Source of the DNA: Callorhinchus milii
Taxonomy: Eukaryota
NCBI RefSeq assembly: GCF_018977255.1
Contig: NW_024704742.1
Location: 69,814,001 to 69,878,000 of the forward strand
Length of the DNA stretch: 64,000 nucleotides
Direction of reading: 5' to 3'
In this document: positions 1-12,376 of the stretch, piece by piece
Position numbering within the stretch: position 1 is the first letter of the stretch
Layout: every line of letters begins with the position of its first letter
Translations under genes and position numbers: made by a program
The notes under the pieces: model-generated
Told to the model about the DNA's origin: nothing
Databases searched by the model: none
What the model saw: the letters and a program-made list of their open reading frames with translations, nothing else

Positions 1-361
1 TTCCCAGCGGAGCTGGGAGTTGGATTCGGGAGGGGTGGGGTCTAGGGGTTGGGGGGGAACCAACCGACCGAAGACATGGTCAAAGAGAAAGGACTTGAGA
101 TGGACTTTGAAGGAGGCGAGGTGAGGGAAGGACCTTGAAGGACATAGAGGGACTCCAGGATGGAGTTCCAGATACTCTGAAAGCTTGACTGCCAATGGTG
201 GACCAAAATCAAAATTAACAATGGGTTAGAGAGAAGAGTAGTTCAACTTATTGACAAAGAGTCACAACCAAACAGTAAATCTCTCCTCTACCCACCTTTC
301 AGATGTCAAGTTCAGCTGCTATGGATTCCTTAATTTTAAAAAAAAGTGAGTAAAATATGAA

Positions 362-680
362 AAAGTCCTGTTACCTCCTGTTTTATTCTTACAATGAATT
401 TTTACTTTCTGTTGCAGATGAGTCAAGTGTAACAATGTCTGATACCAGTAACTACATGGTCGAGATACCCGTATTGTGGTTAGTATATCCATGAATATCC
501 AAGGACCCGAAAGACAATGGAAAATGTGTGCAGTGATTTTAACAAAATGGTAAACACTTGTACTAAATACAGTGAAGTGCTTCTAAATACAATTATCATC
601 ATTCATCCACATGTTTCAGTTGTTGGTTAGTGCATTGTAGAAAAAAAAGGGAGTAACAGGACTTTGTGAACACTAGTGTA
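362..680. mobile_element. Probable Tc1/mariner-type MITE relic
   Basis: Inverted ~36-bp arms AAAGTCCTGTTACCTCC..TACAATG (362-396) and CATTGTAG..GGGAGTAACAGGACTTT (633-665). The right end finishes AGTG-TA; the left terminus is degraded. Confidence 0.5.
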
Positions 681-2185
681 GTTCATTCATGACTCACACT
701 CCTGTGTGCACTCTCGCACAATATCAAGCAATATAAAATTCATTTGCAATAAGAGAACTGGGAAGAAAAAAACAATGGAAAGTCATTTCCATCCTTGCAA
801 AGTAAATTTCACCTGAAGAACACAAACTTCCTCCTTGTATCTGCATGTTATGTTAAATTTAACATAACATGCGCCTTGGGACGTCCTCCCAATGTGAAAG
901 GCCCTACATAAACGTAAACCTGCATTGCGTGTATTGAAATTATCCAGAACATCGCCAAAATGATCACTGAAATGCAAGTGCATGCAATTGCACTGAAACT
1001 CCAGCAGGTGGCACAAATTAACATTCACGCCCCAAGTCTGCAATGGGCAGTGGTGTGATTGGAGAGATGAAAGCAGTTTATTCATCTTTGATCGCAGAGG
1101 TAGAGACGAGGTCAATCAATAGAGATTGCAGCTTATTTTGCTGTATCTATTTGCACAATTTACTTAAAAGGTTCCCCGACAATGACTGAATGTCAACAAA
1201 ACCGCAGCCATCAACTTTGGCTCCTGCCATCGACCAACTATTTCATCAACCAAGGAGACACTACACTACCTTAGTGTTATGTCTGACCCTCGGGCCTCTA
1301 AGCCTTTCATCCAGTCCTTGACGAAATCCCCTTTCACCCATCTCCGTAACATGGGTGGCTTCCATCTTTAGCTCACCCCCAACACAACCTAAACCCTGAC
1401 TTGGTTTCTCTAACTCCAATCTCCTTGTTTTACCAGCTCAATCCTCCACGATCTGCAGATTCCCTGCTCTTTGGAACTCTCCCAATAGGTCTTGGCTTTG
1501 TCTCCTCTCTCCCTGCCTTCAAATCTCTCATTAAAAAAAGCATGATTCTCTGTTACTGTGCATTTAGTGAACACACCTGAGTTTTCCTCCGTGCTCGATG
1601 GAGCCCGGAGCACCTCTGTTGACACAGTTCTTTGCACTTGACAGGTATTCTCTATGTGCACATTTTTTTCAAGCAGCTTTCATGCAGTGTCTGATCCGTT
1701 CATTCCAAAGGCATTTTCGAAGGATGAACTTCCAAGGACCGTCCCAACTTAGTGTTGGTCATGTGGCGGGGTGGTAAAATTTGTTCGGCCGGAGTGAAAA
1801 CAGCTCCCTAATTACTTGTCAAGGTGATGCAAATCTCACCCCACCCATCCCCAGCAGTGAACTTGCTGACTTCAAATGAAAATTGGTGTGAGACAAGGGA
1901 CCACGTTGGTGAAGACCTCCACAAGACTGTCCACCTGTCAATTTTTTTTACTAATAAAATGCTTGTCATGATCTGAATCTGTGCAAATACTACCTTGGAC
2001 TTGGGCTGGGACAGCACCATCACTGTGTGAGCAACGACCAAAAGAACAAGAGGCCCCCCCACCCTCCCCCCAACCCACCCACCCACACACAATGTGGACA
2101 ATTTAACAAAGGCAGGTACACTCTCTCAAGGGTTAAGTCTGCAGCAGCGACTTACTATGTCTAAGCACGGATTTGTTGTACTTAC

Positions 2186-2354
2186 GCCATAACCATCTGG
2201 TAGTCCGAGGAGTTGAACACGTAGCCTCCGATAACCCACATGATGTCATCACTGACCACAACCTTGTGGGAAGCCCGTGCCAGACCAGGCACCTTGTGCT
2301 CCTCCCGACCCCAGAAGGAGTGATTGCTCGGCACTGGGAACGAGCAGTCAGGAC
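2186..2354 (-). CDS. ATRN: Attractin coding exon 6 (start of kelch region), 169 bp; gene continues beyond the left edge
   Basis: Acceptor ctccctcag, donor gtaagt. Translation PDCSFPVPSNHSFWGREEHKVPGLARASHKVVVSDDIMWVIGGYVFNSSDYQMVM(A). Confidence 0.95.
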
Positions 2355-3244
2355 CTGAGGGAGTTTAGATTAACAGTATATGCTCTCAACAATGGTATGA
2401 CTGTATGGAAAGCACAATGGAAAAACCTCAAATAAACACCGCAGAGGCTTACTTACAAGAAAAGTCATGCTGTCAGTGTCTAATACAGGGGCAAAAAGAA
2501 CAACATTTGTTTTTGGTAATATTAAACCTTCACTAATAAACACCTGCAGAACGTATAACCTTCACTGAGAAAATACAGGGGTATCCAACAAACGTTTCTA
2601 AACAGACATGAAACAGAATCGGAAATACCATCACAGCAAGCGGCCATTGAACCCATTGTGTCTGTGCTGGTGCTTACTCCCCCACTGGAGCTCTCTATTC
2701 CCCTGCTCTTTCTTAATCATATTTGTCTAGTTTTCGCTCCACCACTGGAGCTCTCTGCTTTAATCCCATAATATTTGTGCAATCCAATGGACCTGACCGC
2801 TTTAATCCCAGTCCCCTCCTCCTTCCACATCATATCTGTGCTCCCACCCCGATGTTGTGCTCGCTCCCCGAATGGAGCTGTAGAGTCTAATCCCATTCCT
2901 CTGCTCACGGATATCCACCACTTTTAAATGCTTTATGGGCTCAACTACGACAGACATTTATGGTAAAGCATTTTACATATTAACTGCCCACTGTGTAAAA
3001 CAAATTTTGCTTCTAGCATTCCCCGTTTTTTTGGTTAATCAATTTATGGCCTTGAGTTACTGAATGGAAATAATCTCTCTCTACTAAGCTGACCAGAAAC
3101 ATGCCTAGTTTAGGAGATCATTCTTAGATTCCCTCCCACTGGTCCCAGCAGAAACTTTCATGGTCACATTAACCTGGAGCAAATCAAGGAGTGGGTCCCT
3201 ATTATGAATGAACACTGGATCAAAAGTTATCAAACTGCACTCAC

Positions 3245-3450
3245 CCTGCCAGCCAGTGTTGCACCAGCAGCTCTGCGTGTCGTTCAGGTCACAATTCCCG
3301 CGTACAGGATACCCACACTCGTCTGTGCAGTAAGGGATGCTGCAGGATTCTCCTTTCCAGTGCTCATTGCACACACAGTACACGCTGCCTTTGACATGAT
3401 CCACGTGGCACACGCCTTGCTCTGAGCAGTCGTTCGGACAGGCATTGATG
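3245..3450 (-). CDS. ATRN: Attractin coding exon 5 (EGF-like repeats), 206 bp
   Basis: Lies within ORF 3105..3458: INACPNDCSEQGVC...CVCNEHWKGESCSIPYCTDECGYPVRGNC...CWCNTGWQ(G). Acceptor gaacag, donor gtgagt; phase fits exons 4 and 6. Confidence 0.94.
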
Positions 3451-3999
3451 CTGTTCACATCGTAAAAGAAGTCTCATCACTACTGGGGTCATTGGCGTTT
3501 TTCATGCACATCTTTCAAATGTCAGTCATTTTAACCTCTATAGTTGGGAGCGCTGCTTATCCGCAAATCTTGTGTCCGCTAATCTGCATTGGCGCCGAGA
3601 AGCAGAAGTTCGGCTGAAATGCTGGTGAGAATCTGATCATTCAGCATCATTTCAATGGAGTCCTTCAAAAGGTTACAGAGGATTCCAGCTCCCAATTGCA
3701 ATACACTGTCATTGTCAGATTCCTACATAGGACTCAAAATGACTCAAGCTCACAGAGTCTCGGAAGATACTCCAATCAGTGCAGCGCTGCATTGTGAGAG
3801 ATATCGTCCTTCGGATGAGACATTAAACCGAAGTTCTGCCTCTGCCTGTTCAGGTGGATGTTAAAATCCCACAGCACAATTTGAAAAACGAAGGGAATTT
3901 TCTCCTTGTGTTCTGACCAGTAATCCAGCTCATTCACCTCGAGCATGTTGGTGGGAATTATCTGTCACATTTGCTTATGTATTTTAAAAAATCATTGCA

Positions 4000-4298
4000 T
4001 ATAATTATCCTTGCATTTGATATTGCGCCTTATAGCATGAATGAAATGTCTCAAAGCACATCACAGAATACATTGTAAAGTGAATTGATTGTATTTTGTG
4101 GGTGAAACGCGGCAGCCAATTGCGCACAGCAGTGTCCCACAAACAGTTGTGGATTGAGTGACCGCATTTTAATTATTCTTTGGAGTGATTATTATCCTTG
4201 GAAAGCAATCCGCCAATTGACTAGCAACCGGATTCCTTCTTACTGCTAGGTAAACAGAGGTGTGTGTGGAGTAAGGAAACTTGCCTTTGGGACTCCAC
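4000..4298 (-). mobile_element. Older tRNA-headed Deu-type SINE (internally deleted head)
   Basis: ATCCTTGCATTTGATAT tail, Deu core, GGAGTAAGGAAACTTGCC and GGACTCCA end. Confidence 0.8.
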
Positions 4299-4489
4299 CA
4301 GAAGCACTTTGAGATGCACTACAAAAAAGCAAGTTCATTCATATAAAACAGCATCAGTACAACTGGAGATTTCTCTGCAAATTTTCTTTCTCTATGCATA
4401 GTATCATAAGTTCAAACCTTACAAAATGTACACACTCACTGCACTTTACAGTGAAGTCCTTTGAGATGTTCTCCTGATGTCAAATGCAA

Positions 4490-4700
4490 TAATAATAATA
4501 ATAATAATCCTTGCATTTGATATAGCGCTTTTCACGTTGGGAGGACGTCCCAAAGCGCTTTACAGAACACACTGTAAAGTGAATTGACTGTGTTTTTGTG
4601 GGCGAACGCGGCAGCCAATTGCGCACAGCAATGTCGCACAAACAGTCGTGGATTGTAAATGACCAATTTTTTTGGGGGGGGTTTTATAATAATTATTATA
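4490..4700 (-). mobile_element. Young Deu-type SINE 3' half
   Basis: (AAT)n tail, GGAGGACGTCCCAAAGCGCT and Deu core. Confidence 0.85.
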
Positions 4701-6288
4701 ACCTGTATTTCTGATTCAACAAAGTAAGCTTCAGATAGCATTCACTAACAATAGACTTCTTGCACAGGCTCATGTTTCAGTATAAACCAGCCTGCCCCCC
4801 TGGACTTCACTCTAAATGAAAGCTATGTTACTAAAGGAAATCAAGACAATGGGAGTAATTTCAGGCTCTGTTTCACAACAGGATTCACTAAGAGAGACTC
4901 TAGGCATAGGCAATTCATTGGAATTCGCTCTAGATATAAGGGTATGCCTAGTGCAGGTAAGTGCAGTGACTATTTCTAAGGAAATGAGGCAATTGACACT
5001 AGAAATATCCGCAGAATGAACCTTGAGGGTAATAATTATCTGGCATTTGATAAGTGCATTCATCAGGTTGTCAAGTTACCTTAAAGCACTTCACAGGATT
5101 TTCCTGCAAAGTTTAGTGACTGTATTTTGTAGGCAAACACAGCAAGCAATTTGCACACAAAAACGTCCTGCAGACAGTCATAAAGGGAATAACCAATTTT
5201 ATCTGGAGAATTGCTGGACAGGTTATTGGGAGAAAGAAACTTTTCTCTTTTCCGTAGTGTCACAGGATCTTTAACATCCACCTGAACAGGCAGACAGTGC
5301 CTCGGTTTTAACTTCTCATCTGAAAGACAGTACCTCCGACGATGCAGCGCTCCAAGGACACTCCTAGGGATCAGCGAAAAGCTCATAGTCCCTCTATGGG
5401 ACTTTGCGGTCTCGCTCTATTACAAATAATTAAGACAGGAAACAAAAAACAACTTGCATTTATATAGCGGCCCTCATGAAGAGTAGCGTACCAGAGCACT
5501 TGACAGTGACGGAGCACGGCGCTGAGCTGGGGGGAGGTGGTCGAAGGCACAGTTGAAAAAAAAGGTCTTCAGTTGCAACCTGAAGATGCGGAAGGAGAGG
5601 GCAAGGCAGAGGGATAGAGGGAGAGTCTTCCAAAGTTTCGGGGCACAGTGGCTGAAAGTGTGGCCATCGATGATGGAATGCAGTTTAAGGAGGCCAACAG
5701 TAACTACAGGAATATTTGCAGTATGAGAGCGGATCAGTCAGTGAAAATCAAACACAGCAGTTCGTCATTAAAAGGTCAAGCTGTTTGTTATGAGAACAAG
5801 TACCAAATTCAACCACCCTCCTTAGTAACCGGTTCTAGCAATCTACTTGCTTTGTGTCAGCCCTAAATATGACCTTCACAGCCCTGCCCTACAGTGACAA
5901 TTACCATTCCTGCCCTCCACTTCTTAAGCTGCCTTGAGGTTGCAGTCTATGTTACTGTGTGCCACTTGGCTGTCGCACTATAGCTACTTCTGCCCAGCTA
6001 CACTGCATAGCCCTTCTGTATTCAACATACAATTGTGTAAAAAATAAGAGCTAATCATAATAATCCTTGAATTTGATATAGCAGCTTATCATGTTGTCAC
6101 AGGATATTAATGTAAATTGGAGTGACTGTAATTTGTGGGAGAAACACGGCAGTCAGTTTGCGTACAGCAGTGTCCCACAAACAACCATGCAGAATGGGTG
6201 GCCAATTTTATTTGGGGGGATTTTTAGCCAGGAAATAAATGCACCTCTACAGCGTTCGCTTTAAATTCCATGATGACAATCAGAGTAT

Positions 6289-6910
6289 CAACAACAACAG
6301 GATTCCATTTATAAAGCGCCTTTCACGTCAGGAGGACGTCCCAAGGCGCTGCACAGTTGGGTCATGACCCGAGCAGGGGGAAATGGTCAGGGTGAGGGGA
6401 GGGAGGGAGCGAGGAGGGGGAAATGGTCAGGGTGAGGGGGGGGGGGGGGGGGGGGAAATGGTCAGGGGGAGGGGAGGGAGGGAGCGAGGAGGGGGAAATG
6501 GTCAGGGTGAGGGGAGGGAAGGGAGGGAGCGAGGAGGGGGAAATGGTCAGGGTGAGGGGAGCGAAGGGAGGGAGCGAGGAGGGGGAAATGGTCAGGGTGA
6601 GGGAGCGAGGGAGGGAGCGAGGAGGGGGAAGAGAGTCGAGAGGGGAGCTGAAGGCTCGGTCAAAGAGAAAGGTTTTGAGACCGGCCTTGAAGGAGGAAAG
6701 GGAGGAGGCGGCGAAGGCACTGGGGATGGAGTTCCAGAGCCTCGGGGCTGAAGGCCCGACCACCGATGGTAGGGCGGTTGGGGCGGGGGACGTGGAGCAG
6801 ACCAGAGCCAGAGGAACGGAGGGTACGGGCAGGTAGGTAGGGGGATAGTAGGTCGGAGAGGTAGGAGGGAGCGAGGCCGTGAATGGCCTTGTAGGTGAGG
6901 ATGAGGATCG
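6289..6910 (-). mobile_element. Young 5'-truncated L2 3' end with G-rich VNTR and 9-bp TSD
   Basis: (CAA)n tail at 6289, APRLWNSIP..SLSSFKAGLKTFLF C-terminal motif, TCAGAGTAT at 6280-6288 and 6911-6919. Confidence 0.9.
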
Positions 6911-8060
6911 TCAGAGTATTGACATTTGTCCCATAAAAGCCTGGGTTGGTGGTGTATCAACCTCTGTGAGCCACCCACATGAATGGCCACTGTCTTCCTT
7001 GTTTCCCCCACACCATTTAATATCCCTCTTCCTCAAGCTTTTCAAATATACTCGCTTCTCTCTGCAGTTGTCTCGCTAGCTTAACTGTCCACAGACTCCA
7101 ATTGATCCAAAACTCCAGATCCTCACCCTCACTATTACCTTAGTTCTCGCCTGGCTCCCAGCAGATTGATTTCAAGTTCCTTGCCTTCAGCTATCAATGC
7201 TTTCAAGCCCCAAACAACACCCCATTTTTCCGAACTCCTCTGAACCCACTCCTCTGCTTGCCTTAGTCAGGCCCATTTCCTGCCTTCCCTGCTTCACCGA
7301 GATTTTAGATTCTATGCCATTAACCTCTGAAACTCCCTCTCTCTAATCCTCTGTCTCGCCCCAACTCTGTCTTCAAATCCTTCTTTAAAACCTACTTCTT
7401 CGACTGCAACTATGGTCATCCACCTGTTTCCCACTTGCTCAGTGGCCAACCCCCAACAATGTAAAGCACTCCATGATATTGTCCTATGTGAAGGGCGCAA
7501 AACAAATCCAAGCTGCTGTTATGGCATTCTAAACCATTTCTGTCCTTCCTTCCGTCCCATCCATCAGATGAGATGTTAAGCCGAGGCCCTGTCTGCTCAT
7601 TCAAATGAACATTAAAGATCCCATGACACTGTTCGAAAAGAGAAGGGAGTACTCCCCACGTCTTGGCCAACAATCCCTTCAACAAAATTGGTCATTCGCT
7701 TGGGGGCTGTTTGTAGGATGTTACTGTGTGCCACGTGGCTGTCGCACTTGACCACAAAACAACAGTTACCGGATTGAACACAATATCCTGTGAAATGTTT
7801 TGGAATCTCCACCCAATGTGGAAGGCACTGCACCAAATGCAAGGATTATTTATTAGTTCCAATGGGCTCCAATGAAGGGGCACAAATTAAAGTTAATTGC
7901 AAAAGGTATTATTGGGCAGATTAGGAAAAAAATCCTACAAGGTGTGTAGTCAGAAAATGGGAATTCTCTGCCATGAAAGCTTAATAATGAATGGATAATA
8001 AGCTGAGCTGTAACATTCTATGATTCTTTGAAAAACGTCAGACTGTATTATAATAGGTAA

Positions 8061-8348
8061 TTAATAATAATCCTTGCATTTGATATAACACCTTATCATG
8101 CCAAAGCGTTCACAGAATATTTTGTGGGCAAAATGTGGCAACCAATTGCGCACAGCAGTGTCCCACAAACAGTCGTGGATTGAGTGAACAATTTTTTTAA
8201 AAAAAATTTGGAGTGACTATTACCCCCAGAAACCGATCTGCCAAGCGACTGACATCCTATTTATTGCTGAGGCATGTGGGGTAAGGAAATTTGCCTAAGG
8301 TTCCGCTTGCAAGGTGAGTGCTCTAACCACTACCCGATAGGACTCCAC
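8061..8348 (-). mobile_element. Older tRNA-headed Deu-type SINE
   Basis: Same tail, core and head motifs as the other copies. Confidence 0.8.
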
Positions 8349-11300
8349 AAGGGCCTCCATTTTAGAGGTCTTCAGAAAATTAAAGAACAATGAGCTACAC
8401 ATTAATGTCAATAGCAACAATTCCTGCCAGCAGCGAGCAACATTTAAATTTTAATAGCAGGTGTCACACGGGGAGCGGCGGCAGGACAGCGCAGGGAGGA
8501 GACTGCGCCTACCTACCCAGGTACTTAAGCACGAGGCGGCAGGGAGTGCAACTCGGGGGGGGGGCGGAGCGGGGGAACCGCTGACGTCATAGTTTAGTTT
8601 TCAGGAGAAAAACAAACCTCTGCGCCCCCCCCCCGCCAGGGCTCACATCAGGGCCCACCATGGTCCTGTTGGGTTGGCTGCCCCAGCCCCAGCCTATGGG
8701 ATAATGCCATCCACCTGACCGCTCGCTCCCGGTCCCCGCGTGCGCACTATGGCTGCCGCTTTGACCCGAGCCCCCTCCCCCCCCCCTCCTCTCTCCCACC
8801 AAACCCTCCCCCCTCTGCATCTCTCCCGCTCTGTCCTCCTCTCTCTTGGTCCCTCTCGCCTTCTATCCCCACTTGACCCTCCCACAACCTCCCTCTGTCC
8901 AGTCTGGGAATCCTCCGCCCGGCTCACCGTGGCATCGGCGTTGGCTGTCCAGCAGCAGCCACACCGACTGCCCCATTCCCCACCACACTCGCCAGCCAAC
9001 CCGGACACAGACCCGGGGACCCAACCTCTCTTCCCTCATCCCCATTCCCCCCACCCCTGCCTCACAACCTGGACCCCCCTCCCACACACCCTTCTGTCGA
9101 TTCAGAGAAGTGATTCCAAAATATTTCTAACCCCCTGCAGATTCCCACAGCAGTGCCACTGCAGAGATACAGATGGACTTTAAAGATGTTTCTAAACTTC
9201 CAAACTTGTTATATTTGCTGCCAACAATTCAAAGTCAAAGCCAAGATTGACTGGGGTAAGTTAGAAGGGGAAACCAATAGTTTGGGAGAGTGACAAGACA
9301 TTAAAGATCCCATGACATATGGAGCAAAGATGGAGTTGAGGAACAGATCAGCCATGATCTGATAGCATGGCAGAACAGGCTCGAGGGGCTGAATGGCCAA
9401 CTCCTGTTCCCCTGTTCCTTTGACATTATTCGAAAAGAGAAGTTTCTCCTGGTGTCTTCCTGATATGTTGATCACACACTTCATGGTGGTTTGAAAGACT
9501 GCTGCAAATCAGCTACTCTATTTGTCTAAAGGTGAATAGTCACTACACGTGACAGCAATATGTGAAGCAATCTGGGACATTACAGGTGCTATGTCAAGTA
9601 CAAGAATTATTTGTTGTAAAAAATACATCAGCATAGAAATAAGACGCCTCCTTGTGGCTTAACCACCAAGCCACCACCACCTCCATGTTCTGAGCACCAG
9701 AGGCTCCTAAACGTTCCTGCAGTATTTATGGTTAGGGAGAGTGAGTGGAAAATCATCTTTGAACTGCGATCACATGGAAGAAACACAAATATACAGCCAA
9801 TTCACTTTACAGTATATTATTATCACTATTACTTAGGTCAAGCCAAGGGACTTCAAGACAATTTTGAACCTCACTGTGTCTATGAGGCAGTATTTCTAGA
9901 ACCTCCTTCAAATGGAGGGGCGAAGGGAGATAAGAGAGGTCCACTCAAAGCTGAGAAGGATCCAAGAACATGTTCCAAGTTCACCCTTCACACAAGTCTT
10001 GGAGTTATTAGTAATTATTGCAGTAGACACAAGTCCTTCTCAGGCAACAGAATATCAAAATCGAGTCCACCCTCTGTTGCAGTCTCTAGTCCAGTTCCTG
10101 AGCCTCGTGGGTCCAAAGGGACACTTTTAATGATAGACCATCATCGGCAGGACTTGGATGGACAGACTGGGGCAGGAATTCTCTCCACTCAGCTCTTGTT
10201 AACCCTACAAACCAAAGCCCTAACAGTTCCTAGCTGGACAAGCAATGAAGGTCAGTGCTTTGCCTTTGGGAGCGGGGGAGGGGCGGCAGAGGGAAATGGT
10301 AAATGAGACAAGTTAGTGCACAAAGCGGCACTCGTTGGTGAAAATACCACAAGGAAGGAGAACAATGGGGAATGATCGGTAGATGACACGCTTACCTCGT
10401 GCTGACCCGGTAGGAGATTAACAGCCGCTATAATCAGTTTTAAGATTAACTTGTAATCTACACTGGAGAGCTGGGAGGAGCAACTTTAGCTCTGCTTTCA
10501 TTTCTACTGGAGAGAGGATGCTGTGCTGCATATTGAAGGACACACCAGCATCTTGGGACATCCTCCCAACACGAAAGACGCTATATAAATGCAATGTGTT
10601 GTTGTTGTTGTTGAAGAGAATGTTCTATTCTGTAGATTAATATCCTTGTTGGATTAAGAGTCAATCACTGCACTACTCACTGCCAACACAAACCACTGTG
10701 AGTACCCGGGAGTTAACCACAACTTGCATTTATATAGCAACTTTTACATGGATAGCATCTCGGAGTTAATGGCAAGCCTTACTGTTAAATACAACACCTT
10801 CACAGGATTTTACTGTAAAATGTATTAACTGTGTATTTTGAACACAGCAGCCAATTTGACTCAGCAATGTCTCACAAACAGCCATGAAGTGAGAAACCAA
10901 TCCTATTTGGGGGATTGTTGGCCAGGACACCAGGAGAAACTCTCTTCTCTTTTGAATTGTGCCAAAGGATCTTTAATGTCCATCTGAACAAGAATACGGG
11001 TCCAAGGCTTAAACCTACAATTTTCAGATTGAGATATGAGAGTACACGGAAATTTTATACTGAAAAATTTCACTGACACAACACAAATCCCAATATTCCT
11101 CATCACTCATTACTAACCATTGGAAATAATCTAGTGCTGTTTACACTATTATAATCCATCATAATATCAAAGACCTCTCACCAGGTCACCCCGTGAACCC
11201 ACAATCTTCCAACCCAAAGGCAAGAGTGCTACCAACTAAGACAGGCTTTGTTGCCACAACGAGTCACAATGAGTTTTGAATGTATTTTCTCCTTGAACAA

Positions 11301-11639
11301 ATAGTCAAGCTATGGAGGAGTTAACTTGAAAGAGGTCTTTGATGTCAAACAGTGTTACAACAAGATAAACTAGTGAAAGATTACTTCCATTGGTCAAAAT
11401 AAACAGCAAAGGCACACGGTTTAGATAATGCAATAATATAACTAATGTTAAAAATGTAAAAGAATTAAACAGGAAACTGGGAAGTATGGTTTAAATGTGA
11501 AATTTTCTGCCACAGACCATAGTTGAGTCCATAGATTATTTTGAAAAGCAAGTAGATAGATGCCTGAAGAGGAATATTAAAGTAGTATTGGGATTAAATT
11601 TAGGAGAAGAACAGGCCTACTTTTGTGCTTTTTTGTGAC

Positions 11640-11942
11640 AACAATGTTCTATAAACAGCCATGAAATGAATTACTTATATTAAATGGGGGATTGATGCCA
11701 AAAACCCCAGGAGAAACTCCTTTCTCTTTTCAAACAGTGCCATGAGATCTTTAAAATGACCACCTGAACAGGTAGATAAGACCTCAGTTTGATGTCTCAT
11801 CCTAAGGACAGCCCCTGTAACAATGCAACACTGTATTGGAATGGCAACGTAGACTATACAAGTTCCAAGTCCTGGTGTGGGGATTGAACCCACAACCTTT
11901 TTGATTCCGAGGGGAGAGTGCTACCAATTTCACCGGCTGACA
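11640..11942 (-). mobile_element. Second SINE family, SacSINE1/AmnSINE-like (other copies near 3730-3970, 5060-5390, 30400-30620, 42530-42950, 49550-49890, 55770-56380)
   Basis: Minus-strand head GGTAGCACTCTCCCCTCGGAATCAAAAAGGTTGTGGGTTCAATCCC, then GGATGAGACATCAAACTGAGG and GTTCAGGTGG...TAAAGATC. Confidence 0.7.
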
Positions 11943-12247
11943 TGCCAAATGCCATTGAGCAGCCTTGCTTAATATACACAACACGGGACTTGGGGATGTG
12001 TGGGCGGGGGGGGAGGGGTGCGCTCACACAGGGATTTTCACCAGGGGCAAACATTCTTCAGTTTAACATCTCTTGTTCAACCTATTGACCCAGAGGAGAG
12101 AATGCTGCCAAGTATTAGCATTCAAAGTACTGTGAAACTGTACAGTGTTCGGTCTGGTATTGTTGAGTAGAGTGAGCCAAGTGACATTAATATCAGTGCC
12201 ATCCAGCCTGGATTCAGACAGAATCAATATTACAACTTAGGACTTAC

Positions 12248-12376
12248 TTGTACGTAATGTTAAATCCAGTCAGGTTATAGGCGGCGTCACTAAAAAAGTG
12301 CAGCAAGGCATAGCCTGATCGTGAAACCACTTCAGGCATCGTCTCGTTCCCGTTCTTTTCAGGCACAATTAAACCA
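12248..12376 (-). CDS. ATRN: Attractin coding exon 4 (CUB end), 129 bp
   Basis: Polypyrimidine tract plus cag acceptor, donor gtaagt. Translation GLIVPEKNGNETMPEVVSRSGYALLHFFSDAAYNLTGFNITY(N). Confidence 0.96.

Noticed and set aside
1..2185. Search for ATRN exon 7 (RYGHSL kelch motif)
   Set aside because: No matching coding segment with splice sites found by eye; it probably lies beyond the window edge.
6362..7011. Gly/Glu/Arg- and Pro/Ser-rich repeat ORFs
   Set aside because: Translations of the L2 VNTR in several frames.
9728..10306. 192-aa plus-strand ORF
   Set aside because: Runs across a SINE fragment and the unclassified repeat; no recognisable protein features.
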